DNA of 64,000 nucleotides from Pocillopora damicornis (Eukaryota): NCBI RefSeq assembly GCF_003704095.1, contig NW_020846063.1, positions 558,001 to 622,000 of the forward strand, read 5' to 3'. Shown piece by piece: positions 50,479 to 61,980 of this stretch (position 1 is its first letter; each line of letters starts with the position of its first letter). The notes under the pieces were generated by a model. It saw only the letters and a program-made list of their open reading frames with translations, ran no database searches and was not told where the DNA came from. The position numbers and the translations under genes were made by a program.

Positions 50479-52262
50479 CGTCATGGATAGAAACAAAGAA
50501 CACACATGCGCAGTAAATAGAGTAATTTTGAAATAAACATTGCCATCGATAATATGGATATGAAACCAAACCGTAAACTCATAAACCAGAGACATGTAGA
50601 AATACTGTGATCAAGAATAAAAAGAGTGAAACTAAGCACACGGTCTCTTGGTTGAGTATGTCTTGTTTTTATCGACCTTCATCGTTTCCCCTCGGCCCTC
50701 GATTCATTTCTTAAAACAAATTGAAACGCTACACCTTTGCTAGAAAACTGGTTTTTGTTCCGGTTGCGTTGGTGCTTCAGATACGTAATCAGCTCACTCC
50801 CGTGGAAAAAAATGCAACACTATGCACTTTACCTGAACTGATCCTCTCAGTATATAGGACACTGGGCTAAAAATATAAACCTTAAAAGTGATCGCTCGCC
50901 AATAAATTAACCTCTGCAGCGCAGATGAATTTATGAATGTATATTGTGGAATATATATTACATATATTTATTTTTAATTGTATCTTGAGAGTAATCCGTG
51001 ATCACATTTAATTTTTGTTAATTCCCTTCTTTCATTTGCACCAAATGCAAAACTAAATCCAGTCATGACTTTGCCCTCCTGTTTCCCGCTCTTTTCTTGT
51101 TGTTATTATCAGTTCGCGACGGTTCCTTGACACCTTTTCACTTATCTTGATTACTCGTTCAGATTATTCTTGTTTTGGGGTACAATTAGAAAAGAACTCT
51201 AAACTGGAATCGAATGCTGCTGTTACCGGACCAAACGTAGACTCTCTGATCATACCAGTCACCATCTTTTAACAACTTAATATCAAATCTTGATGGTTTT
51301 CGATAGTATTCAAAGCAGAATAACAATTACTTACTGACTATTTTAAGTGGCCACTCATTGGTATTTTAATAATGTGAACATTAAAATTAAGGGACACTAC
51401 GGCTTCTGTCAATGCTGTGACCTTTCTCTATTCCTTTAATTTGCACACGGTAAACAAACAAAGGAACTTGCAAACGTAGGCAATTTGGATATCACCTTTT
51501 TTTTGAGTGGGGGCCTCAAAATGCCACTACGTATAAACTGTCAAAAGGAAATAAATAACCTGTTCTCGAGAGCAGAATATGTCTCGTTTTTTGTGTCGAG
51601 TCAAGTTGAAGCTACAGAAGGATGACCCAAATTTTGGAAAAATGAAAGAAAGTAGTTTATTCTTTCCTGAGCAGAGCAGAAAAATATATCAAATATTCTG
51701 CTACCTGGCAATGAAGGCAGAAATTAAATGACTTGTCTAGTTATTTGGATTCTCCTCCTTTATGGTTATCACGCGATCGNNNNNNNNNNNNNNNNNNNNN
51801 NNNNNNNNNNNNNNNNNNNNNNNNNNNNNNNNNNNNNNNNNNNNNNNNNNNNNNNNNNNNNNNNNNNNNNNNNNNNNNNTTTCCAAATGTTTCCAAAACT
51901 GAGGAAAACTAAATCATTGCGGTAGCTATGAAAAGTAATTGAAGGTTCTAAACCAAGCGGATTTGGTGCCTGGATATTCATGGAACTTGCACAATTCTCA
52001 TCAGAGGATGGACTATCAGAAAAATGATTGGGAGTGGAGGAGGGGGGGGGGGAAGGAGGGAGGGAAGAGTTTCATGAATGCTTTCGGTTTTTTTTGTCTG
52101 TTTGGATGGGTTTTCTTTGTACTACTTGATCGAAATCTTATTTTTAGGTTTGTTTTTGTTGTTTTTCTTAATCCATATTTTGACTTGTTTTCTTTAGTAA
52201 ATAACTTAAACTTTCCCCACCCCTCCCCCCCCCTTAAGGTTCCATCCCCGTGGGGGTGATAC

Positions 52263-54216
52263 CTTTACAAAGACGGTGTCATCTGTTTTGTTTACGGCCA
52301 CTGCGGTTCCACCACTGCTACTCTCCAAAATAACAATTATTTCGGCGTTTAGACCAGCAGTAAAGTGCAGAATAGTATGGACCATTAAGTGAGCTGTCAA
52401 AAATAACACAAATTGATATCAATGGAAAGGCAGAAAATGATCGATTTGGACTCGCTTTGTTTTATTTTGTTTTTTTTTTCTTTCGTTTTTTAAGCATGAC
52501 TAGTCGAAAGCGATTCATGACATCACCCGCACTTTTACAAAATAAGCGCCTTTCATGTTATTCTTAGTAACGGCCATGGTTGGATTTGCCTCCTATCCGA
52601 AAACTGCTGCATTTGATTTACATTGGACTTTTGTTTCTTGGCCGTTTTAACTCGACCTTGTTTACAATAAAGCTGTGAACATGTTCCAAAATTTGAATAT
52701 CTACTTACTTTTTGGATCTGTGCCTGTGGCATATGCAACAATAGATTTTCCGTCAATTTTCAGGTAGTGACCCGGGACATTACCGTCTTCCTTTTTAGAA
52801 ACCATTTGGTAAGCAAGGCGGTTCCACTCGTCGTTCATCGGCTTAGTGATTTCCTCAATGCTTCCCTAAAACGTTCATTAAAACCATTATCAATAATCCT
52901 CTATTTAGCCAAACCATCAGATATTTTTCCGAAATATATGTTTTATTGATGACAGATATGACATCATAAACATATAAATAAGTTGCAATTTGAAAACATT
53001 TTTCGATAAACTATGCGCCATCTTGGACAAAGAAATGATTAAAAAGATTTATATAGACAATAACAGGGATATCTATATCCCATCACACAACAGTGGGCAC
53101 TGAATTCGACAGATGACTGAAGACTAATTTCATCTGTCTCGTTTGAGCCAAGTGTGCATTTAGTTACTGTTCAGGAATGAAGAATAAAACACTCCTAGCT
53201 AAGGAGGGACTCACAGCGCGCACTGTTTATTAACCTATGCAGCCTAGAAGGTCGTGACATCACTGCAACTCTTTAGCATGCGCCATTAGCTGTGTTGTGA
53301 GTAGTTGATTACAAAGCATAACAAAGTGTGAAGAAATCACATTGGTCGAACGTCTGCGCATGTGCGAGTGCTAATGTGACTAATTATGGGCGGCATGTTT
53401 CGGACTGTCAGAAACAAGTTGTGTTACAAGAGCCATAAAAAACACACAAGCCATTTAGTTACAGTGGTTTAGAACCGTGTAATGTTTTCTGTAAAGCTCA
53501 AAACAAAATAATGAATCAGCAGGATACACGTAATTCATTAGGCTTTACGTTCTAAGGAACCTAGAGCTCTCGTTTTCTCTACCTTTATTTCCTTCTTTGG
53601 AAGTTTTATTTTCTCGGCTCATTTTGCGTGACAAGGGTTGTGTATTACTGTTTCATTAGAAATTTTGCGCGGGAAATTGGCGTGCGGCAGGCCAAATTGA
53701 TTGCCTTGCGCATGCCCGACGTTTGACAGCCATGTTGCGCCATGTTTGGAAATTTTCAAATGAGTAGTAGTTCATTTGGGAGATAAAAATTTAGCCGGCC
53801 CAGATGAAAAGGAAACAAAGTAAAGAACTCTCGAGTCTCTCTAAACTACTGTATGATTTCAACTTGGAGATTGCATCGGCTCGGTAAACTTTCGAGTACT
53901 CTGAGTTTACCGTTCTTCGTTTCTCAGGCCGAGGTGAACTGATGCTTGAAAAATAAAGCAAACTTGCTGACCTCAAGGAAGGCTTTGCGACCTTTGGACT
54001 AATCTACGGCCGATAAACGTTGTTTTCAAGTGTTGATGTGTCTAAAAAGTATATTTTAAAAGAAGATTTGTGCTTAATTTAATAACTTTTAGAATTTTCG
54101 AGATAATAATGAAGAACGTTTCACACTCACCTTTTCTGATCCGTCGTGTACATCATGGTGTCCTGTGTGAAGAACATGTACAGAAGTAAAATCATAAGTG
54201 ATGTTTTGCGCAAGTA
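52263..54216 (-). CDS. Beta-trefoil family copy 3, partial; core exons 52865-52709 and 52393-52263, possible upstream exons 54216-54131 and 54003-53911; last exon lost in the gap or on another contig
   Basis: (V)LAQNITYDFTSVHVLHTGHHDVHDGSEK|[31 protein letters not shown]|GSIEEITKPMNDEWNRLAYQMVSKKEDGNVPGHYLKIDGKSIVAYATGTDPK|THLMVHTILHFTAGLNAEIIVILESSSGGTAVAVNKTDDTVFVK; the frame is open across all four exons. Confidence 0.68.
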
Positions 54217-54824
54217 CTAAAAGCATAAGTGCTGTGTAATTTTTAGAGGTGGTTGTTGACAATTATGAAAGGAAGTGNNNNNNNNNNNNNNNNNNNNNNN
54301 NNNNNNNNNNNNNNNNNNNNNNNNNNNNNNNNNNNNNNNNNNNNNNNNNNNNNNNNNNNNNNNNNNNNNNNNNNNNNGGAGTGAGGCTAAGGGTGACCTT
54401 GTTATGATACAAACCTTGTTGCTTTTCAAATGTAAATTACTTTGTCATCATGCTAACTAAATATTGGTCTCTATCACAACAAGGTCACTTTCAGCCTCAT
54501 TCCAAATCAAAGGCTTGGCGACTAAGTGCACAACTGCAAAATGGCCTATTCTTTATTTAGCGAATCTATCAGATATTTTTCCGAAATATATCTCTTCTTG
54601 ATCACAGATATGACCTCATTAACATATAAAAAAGTTGCAATTTGAAAACATTATTGAATAAACTATGCGCCATCTCGGACAAAGCAATGATTAAAAAGAT
54701 TTATAAAGACAATAACAGGGATATCTTATACAACCACACAACAGTGGACACTGTAGTCGACAGATGACTGAAGACTTATTTGATGTGTTTCGTTTAAGCC
54801 AAGTAAGCATTTAGTTTCCGTTTG

Positions 54825-55084
54825 GAAATCAAGAATAAAACGCTCTTAGTTAAGGAGGAACTCACAGCGCGCGCTGTTTGCTAACCTATCCAGCGTAGAA
54901 AATATGGTCGTGACTTCGCTGCAACTCTTTAGCATGCGCCATTAGCTGCGTTGTGAAATCAAGAATAAAACGCTCTTAGTTAAGGAGGAACTCACAGCAC
55001 GCGCTGTTTGCTAACCTATCCAGCGTAGAAAATATGGTCGTGACATCGCTGCAACTCTTTAGCATGCGCCATTAGCTGCGTTGT
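54825..55084. repeat. Local tandem duplication, ~130-bp unit x2
   Basis: gaaatcaagaataaaacgctcttagttaaggaggaactcacagc...cattagctgcgttgt occurs twice consecutively. Confidence 0.85.
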
Positions 55085-55589
55085 GAGTAGTTTATTGCAA
55101 TGCATACAAAAGTGTGAAGAAATCTCGGTGGTCGAACGTCTGCGCATGTGCGAATGGGGATGTGGCTAATTATGGGCATTGTGTTTCGGGCTGTCAGGAA
55201 CAAGTTGTGTTACAAGAGCCATAAAAAACACACAAGCCATTTAGTTACAGTGNNNNNNNNNNNNNNNNNNNNNNNNNNNNNNNNNNNNNNNNNNNNNNNN
55301 NNNNNNNNNNNNNNNNNNNNNNNNNNNNNNNNNNNNNNNNNNNNNNNNNNNNNNNNNNNNNNNNNNNNNNNNNNNNNNNNNNNNNNNNNNNNNNNNNNNN
55401 NNNNNNNNNNNNNNNNNNNNNNNNNNNNNNNNNNNNNNNNNNNNNNNNNNNNNNNNNNNNNNNNNNNNNNNNNNNNNNNNNNNNNNNNNNNNNNNNNNNN
55501 NNNNNNNNNNNNNNNNNNNNNNNNNNNNCTGTATGATTTTAACTTGAGATCGCATCGGCTCGGTAAACTTTCGAGTACTTTGAGTTTAC

Positions 55590-56143
55590 TGCTCTACCTT
55601 TCTCAAGCCAAGGTCAACTGATGCTTGAAAAGTAAAGCAAACTTGCTGACTTCAAGGAAGGCTTTGCGCCCTTTGAACTATTCTACGGCCGATAAACTTG
55701 TTGATGCGTCTAAAATCTATATTTTAAGGGAGGAGTTTGTGCTTAATTAAAAAACTTTTAGAATTTTTGAGACAATAATCAAGAAAGTTTCACACTCACC
55801 TTTGCTGATACGTCGTGTACATCATGGTTTCCTGTGTGAAGAACATGCACAAAAGTAATATCATAAGTGATGTTTTGCGCAAGTTGTCTTCATGTTTACG
55901 CCCTTGAACCGAAACATCAGTCCACAAAGTACTAAAAGCATAAGCGCTGTGTAATTTTTAGAGGTGGTAGTTGACAACTATGAGAGGAAGTGAAAGAACC
56001 GTGGCGAAACATGACAGAACGTTTACTCACTACAATTAATAGATATTAGCCATACCTTTTGCCACGGAGGGATCCAAGGACAACTCCAGTAACAGGAAAG
56101 TCCAACCAGCCATGAAAAGAAACGATAAGCTTTTTCCAGTCAT
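55590..56143 (-). other. Upstream exon set of the beta-trefoil repeat unit (56143-56056 signal-peptide-like, 55931-55800, 55682-55590); frame disrupted
   Basis: MTGKSLSFLFMAGWTFLLLELSLDPSVAK followed by g|gtatgg. The next exon is 46 nt longer than in copy 3, and the third exon has an in-frame TGA. Confidence 0.45.
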
Positions 56144-56834
56144 TTCTTAGATCTGAAACACATGGAAGAATACGTAAAACTTTCAAGTCATTCAGTTTAA
56201 ATCGTAGTAGACAACGTATTCAACTCACAATCCGGCAGAGTTCCTGAGCTTGAGTTTATCCTTTGGCCTCAGTTTATTCTCAGATAGTCCCGAGAGTAGG
56301 TCCTTTACTAAGCCGGGCTGATAACGAGCTATATTTCTTTCTGTCAGGCAGGATTTTTAACCATGTCGTGTGAGGTTATGTCATATCATTTCATGTCAAT
56401 TGATGTCAAATCTTGTTAAGTCATGTCAATTTATGTTTAGTGACGTCACCTCAGTAGTCAATTTAATGGAACGCATGTCAATTTTATAATGGGCTTATTT
56501 CCACACAAGTAAGTCTTATTTTATCTGAGCAGCGGAAAGTGTGACATAAAGCATTATCATTTTGACACTTATAGTGACGAAATGCCGTGAAAAATTCCAA
56601 AAAGCCACTAAAGAAAAGGGGCAACCAGTGTGGCGTTATGTGAATCATGTGTAAGATATTCCTTCCGTTTTTCAGTCGCTTGCTTGAGTAAGTGAGGTTT
56701 TTTAGTACAGATAAGAATCGGAAAGTTATATATGNNNNNNNNNNNNNNNNNNNNNNNNNNNNNNNNNNNNNNNNNNNNNNNNNNNNNNNNNNNNNNNNNN
56801 NNNNNNNNNNNNNNNNNNNNNNNNNNNNNNNNNN

Positions 56835-57146
56835 CCTGTGTGAAGAACATGTACAGAAGTAAAATCATAAGTGATGTTTTGCGCAAGTTCTCTTCATGTT
56901 TACACCCTTGAACCGAAACGTTGGTCGAAAAAGTACTAAAAGCATAAGCGCTGTGTAATTTTTAGAGGTGGTTGTTGACAACTATGAGAGGAAGTGAAAA
57001 AACCGTGGCGAACATGAAAGGACGTTTACTCACTACAATTAATAGATATTAGCCATACCTTTTGCCACGGAGGGATTCAACGACAACTCCAGTAACAGGA
57101 AAGTCCAACCAGCCATGAAAAGAAACGATAAGCTTTTTCCAGTCAT
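56835..57146 (-). other. Second upstream exon set (57146-57059 signal-peptide-like exon plus partial next exon)
   Basis: MTGKSLSFLFMAGWTFLLLELSLNPSVAK; paralogous to 56143-56056. Confidence 0.45.
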
Positions 57147-59161
57147 TTCTTAGTTCTGAAACACATGGAAGAATACGTAAAACTATCGAGTCATTCAGTT
57201 TAATTCGTAGTAGACAGCGTATTCAACTCGCATTCCGGCAGAGTTCCTGAGTTTGAGTTTATACCTTAGCCTCAGTTTATTCTCAGATAGTACCCAGAGT
57301 AGGTCCTTTATTAAGCCTGGCTGATAACGAGCTATATTGCCTTCTGTAAAGCAGGGTTTTTAACCATGTCGTGTGAGGTTCTGTGATATCATTTTATGTC
57401 AATTGATGTCAAATCTTGTCAACTTATGTCATTTTATGTCAAGGTACATCACCTCAGTAGTCAATTTGATGGAACGCCTGTCAATTTTCTGATGGGCTGA
57501 TTTTCACACATGTAAGCCTTATTTCATCTAATCAGCGGAAAGTGTGACACAAGGCATTAAAATTTTGACGCTTATTGTGACGAAATGCCATGAAAAATGC
57601 CAAAAAGCCACTAAAGAAAAGGTTTAGTACAGATAAGAATCGGAAAGTTATATATGTTGCATGCGAGAAATATTTCTGGAAAGAAATAAACGTGTTTGTA
57701 AAGAGCGGTATATCCTTCTCAAGGGAATTGTAGTGAGATATTACAATGGAATTACACCTCGAGGTGACTTACTTCTAAGCCACATTTTAAAGAACTGTTC
57801 CTGTATTAAATTACTCTCAAAGCAGAGGTCAGACCATGCAAAAGCTTTCTTAATCATAAAAAGCTTTGAAGCGAAACCGATCACGTGATAACCATAAAGG
57901 AGGGGAATCCAAATAACTAGACAAGTCATTTAATTTCTGTCTTCATTGCTAGATAGCAGAATATTTGATATATTTTTCTGTTCTGCTCGGGAAAGAATAA
58001 ACTACTTTCTTTGTTTCGCCGCGTTTCTCCAAAATTTGGATCATCCATCTGTAGCTTCAACTTGACTCGATACAAAAAACAAGAAATATTCTGCTCTTAA
58101 GAACAGGTTATTTATTTCCTTTTGACAGTTTACACGTTGTAGCATTTTGAGGTCCCCACTCAAAAAAAAGATAATATCCAAATTGCCTACGTTTGCAAGT
58201 TCCTATGTTTGTTTATCGTGTGCAAATTAAAGGACTAGAGAAAGGTCACAGCATTGACAGAAGCCCCAGTGTCCCTTAATTTTAACGTTCACATTATTAA
58301 AACACTTAGTGGCCACTTAGAATAGCCAGTAAGTAATTGTTATTCTGCTTTGAATACTATCGAAAACTAACAAGATCTGACATTACGTTGTGGAAAGATG
58401 GTGTTGGTTTGATGAGAGAGTCTACGAAATTTGGTCTGGTAAAAGCAGCATTCGATTCCAAGTTAGAGTTCTTTTCTAATTGTACCCCAAAACAAGAATA
58501 ACCTATACGAGTAATCAGGATAAGTGAAAAGGTGTCAAGCCAACGCGGACTGATAATAAAAACAAGAAAACTGTCTGGAGAGCGGGAAAATAGGAGGGCA
58601 AAGTCACAATTGGATTTAGTTTTGCATCTGGTGCAAATGAAAAAAGGAAATCAACAAAAATTAAATGTGATCACGGATTACTCTCAAGATACATTTGAAA
58701 ATAAAACGTTTCTCATAAGAGTATTACAAATAGAAATCTTTATATATTCATAAATTCATCTGCGCTGCAAAGGTTGATTTATTGGCGAGCGATCACCTTT
58801 AAGGTTCAAATTTCTAGCCCAGTGTCCGGTATAATGAGAGGATCAGTTCAGGTAAAGTGCATAGTGTTACATTTTTTCCTCGGGAGTGAGATGATTACTT
58901 ATCTGAAGCACCAACGCAATATGTGAGAAATGAATCGAAGACCAAGGGGAAATGATGAAGGTCGATGAAAACAAGACATACTCAACTAAGAGACGCATGT
59001 GCTTAGTTTCATTCTGTTTTTATTCGTGACCCCAGTCTTTCTACATGTATTCAGTTTATGAGTTTACGGTTTGGTTTCATATGCATATTATCGATAGCAA
59101 TTTGTATTTCAAAATTACTCTATTTACTGCGCATGTGTGATCTCTATTTCTATTAGTGACA

Positions 59162-59389
59162 TTAGATGTTAGCGATAAGACTTTCATCAGAATTAGGTAT
59201 CACCTGGCTGGTGTTCAGTGGAAGACCATTTGAATCAAATCCCAAAATCCGCCTCTTACCACTAAGGTATGACTGATAATAAAAGTAGTTATTCGAACCA
59301 GCCAAGGGTACTTTTTTAAACAGAATTTCAGGATAAAGATTTTTCACTTTTTTCAAGTTGTTCAGCTTGCGCAAAGATGTCGACAGAGT
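59162..59389 (-). CDS. Beta-trefoil family, isolated terminal exon (copy 4)
   Basis: Acceptor ttcttcaatag; [75 protein letters not shown]. It is 228 nt like the other copies and is cut off upstream by a gap. Confidence 0.7.
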   Translation of the reverse strand, partial: [75 protein letters not shown]

Positions 59390-59778
59390 CTATTGAAGAA
59401 AAAAACACAGGATTAATTCTTAAACCAGATAGGGTTATATTATTGTTAGAAAGTCTCTGGGAAGCATTGAACCTGACACATTGTATTCAGTNNNNNNNNN
59501 NNNNNNNNNNNNNNNNNNNNNNNNNNNNNNNNNNNNNNNNNNNNNNNNNNNNNNNNNNNNNNNNNNNNNNNNNNNNNNNNNNNNNNNNNNNTCAGTTTTG
59601 GAAACATTTGGAAATGGCAGGAGATAACGCTGATACATAACCGGCCTAAATTCATTTACGGATGCTAGAAATTACTAACTGAATACAATGCGTGAAGTTG
59701 AATGCTTCCTAGAGATTTTCTAACAATAATACAACCCTATCTGGTTTAAGAATTAATCCAGTGTTTTTTCTCCAATAG

Positions 59779-60006
59779 AGTCTGTCGACACCTTTGCGCA
59801 GTCTGACCACCTTGGATAAAGTGAAACGTCTTTACCCTGAAATTCTGTTAAAAAAAGTACCCAGAGAAATTGGGAGTTACTACTTTTATTTTGAGTCATA
59901 CCTTAGTGGTAAGAGGCGGGTTTTGGGATTTGATAAAAATGGTCTTGCAATGAACACCGGCCAGGTGACGCCTGACTCTTTGGAAAGTCTTATCGCTTCT
60001 CTATAA
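59779..60006 (+). CDS. Beta-trefoil family, isolated terminal exon (copy 5)
   Basis: Acceptor tctccaatag; [75 protein letters not shown]; 228 nt. Confidence 0.7.
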   Translation, partial: [75 protein letters not shown]

Positions 60007-61696
60007 TATCGTGGATAGAAATAGAGAACACACGTGCGCAGTAAATAAGGTAATTTGCAATAAAAATTGCTATCGGTAATATGGATATGAAACCAAACCG
60101 TAAACTCATAAACCGAAGACATGTAGAAAGACTGGCATCAAGAATAAAAACAGAATGAAACTAATCAAATGCGTCTCTTGGTTGAGCTTGTCTTGTTTTC
60201 ATCGACCTCCATCATTTCCCCTTGGTCTTCGATTCATTTCTTAAAACATATTAAAACGCTAAACCTTTGCTAGAAAACTAGTTTTTGTTCCAGTTGCGTT
60301 AGTGCTTCAGATAAGTAATCAGCTCACTCCTGAGGAATAAAACGCAACACTATGCACTTTACCTGAAATGATCCTCTCGGTATATAGGACTTTGTATTAG
60401 AAATATGAATCTTAAAGGTGATTGCTCGCCAGTAAATTAACCTCTGCAGCGCAGATAAATATGTGAATATATAAAGTTTTCTCTTTGTCTTTCTCTAATG
60501 GGAAGCGTTTTATTTTTAATAGTATATTGAGAGTAATGCGTGATCGCATAAATTTTGGTCGACTTCCCTCTTTGATTGGTCGAGACAATTTGCTCAAATC
60601 AGATGCAAAACTAAATCCAATCGTGACTCTGCCCTCCTGTTTTTCCGATCTTCAGACAGTTTTCTTGTTTTTATTATCATTTCGCGTTCGCTCCATGACG
60701 CCTTTACACTTATCCTGATTTGTTTAGATTATTCTGGTTTTGGTTTACAATTAGAAAAGAACTCTAACTTGGAATGGAATGCTGCTGTTACCGGTCCAAA
60801 TTTCGTAGCTTTTCTAATCATACCAGTCACCATCTTTCCACAGCTTAATATCAGATCGTGTTAGTTTTCGATAGCATTTAAAGCAGGATAACAGTTATTT
60901 ACTGAATCTTCTAAGTGGCCATTCGCGGCTATTTTAATAATGTAAACGTTCAAATTAGTGGACATTGGGGCTTCTGTTAATGCTGTGACCTTNNNNNNNN
61001 NNNNNNNNNNNNNNNNNNNNNNNNNNNNNNNNNNNNNNNNNNNNNNNNNNNNNNNNNNNNNNNNNNNNNNNNNNNNNNNNNNNNNNNNNNNNTCATTTCC
61101 CCTTGGTCTTCGATTCATTTTGTTAAAACATATTAAAACGCTACACCTTTGCTTGAAAACTAGTTTTTGTTCCAGTTGCGTTGGTGCTTTAGATAAGTAA
61201 TCGGCTCACTCCCAAGGAAAAAAATGCAACACTATGCACTTTACCTGAACTTATCCTTTCAGTATACAAGACTTTGAATTAGAAATATGAACCTTAAAGG
61301 TGATTGCTCGCCAGTAAATTAACCTCTGTAGCGCAGATAAATATATGAATATATATAGTTTCTCTTTGTACTACTCTAGTGGGAAACTTTTTATTGTCAA
61401 TTGTATATTGAGAGTAATACTTGATCGCATAAATTTTAGTTGATTTCCCTCTTTGACTGGTCGAGACAGTTTGCTCAAATCAGATGCAAAACTAAATCCA
61501 ATCGTGACTTTGTCCTCCTGTTTTCCCGCTCTTTTCTTGTTTTTATTATCATTTCGCATTCGCTTCTTGACGCCTTTTCACTTATCCTGAACTTTGAATT
61601 ATCTTTTCAGCGCGGATAATATGGTATGCATACGCCCCGAAATCCTCACGCAGCTTGTTTTCTATTTGTCCCACTCTAAATATTTAACTTCTTTCT

Positions 61697-61980
61697 TAAG
61701 AGAAGTTCTCAATTGTTAATCGATAGTGGTCGCTATCTTGCAGGGTTTAGTTTATTTCCCTATTTGATAGGTCAAGAAAATTCGCGCCACTTTATCAACC
61801 AATCAGAAACAAAACTAATTCCAATATTGACTTGGCACTCTTGCTTTTTCGCACTCCGAACAGTATTCCTGTTTCAACTTTGAGCAGTCATTGATTCCGT
61901 GAGGCATTTTACCCTGTCCCGATTAGCCGTTCGGGTTATTTTGGGTTTAGTTTTACGTCACTTGATGAGAAAGCTCTCTA
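61697..61980. mobile_element. Degenerate MITE-like element; related sequence at ~6605-6850
   Basis: Imperfect inverted termini agagaagttctcaatt ... gatgagaaagctctcta with an internal aaccaatcaga..caaaac motif. Confidence 0.4.

Larger units (their letters stand above)
41210..61590. repeat. Multi-kb segmental duplication array (direct and inverted) carrying the beta-trefoil genes
   Basis: Non-coding flanks recur, e.g. 43290-44210 (-), 50480-51780 (+), 57850-59160 (-), 60010-60990 (+) and 61095-61590 (+). Confidence 0.85.
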
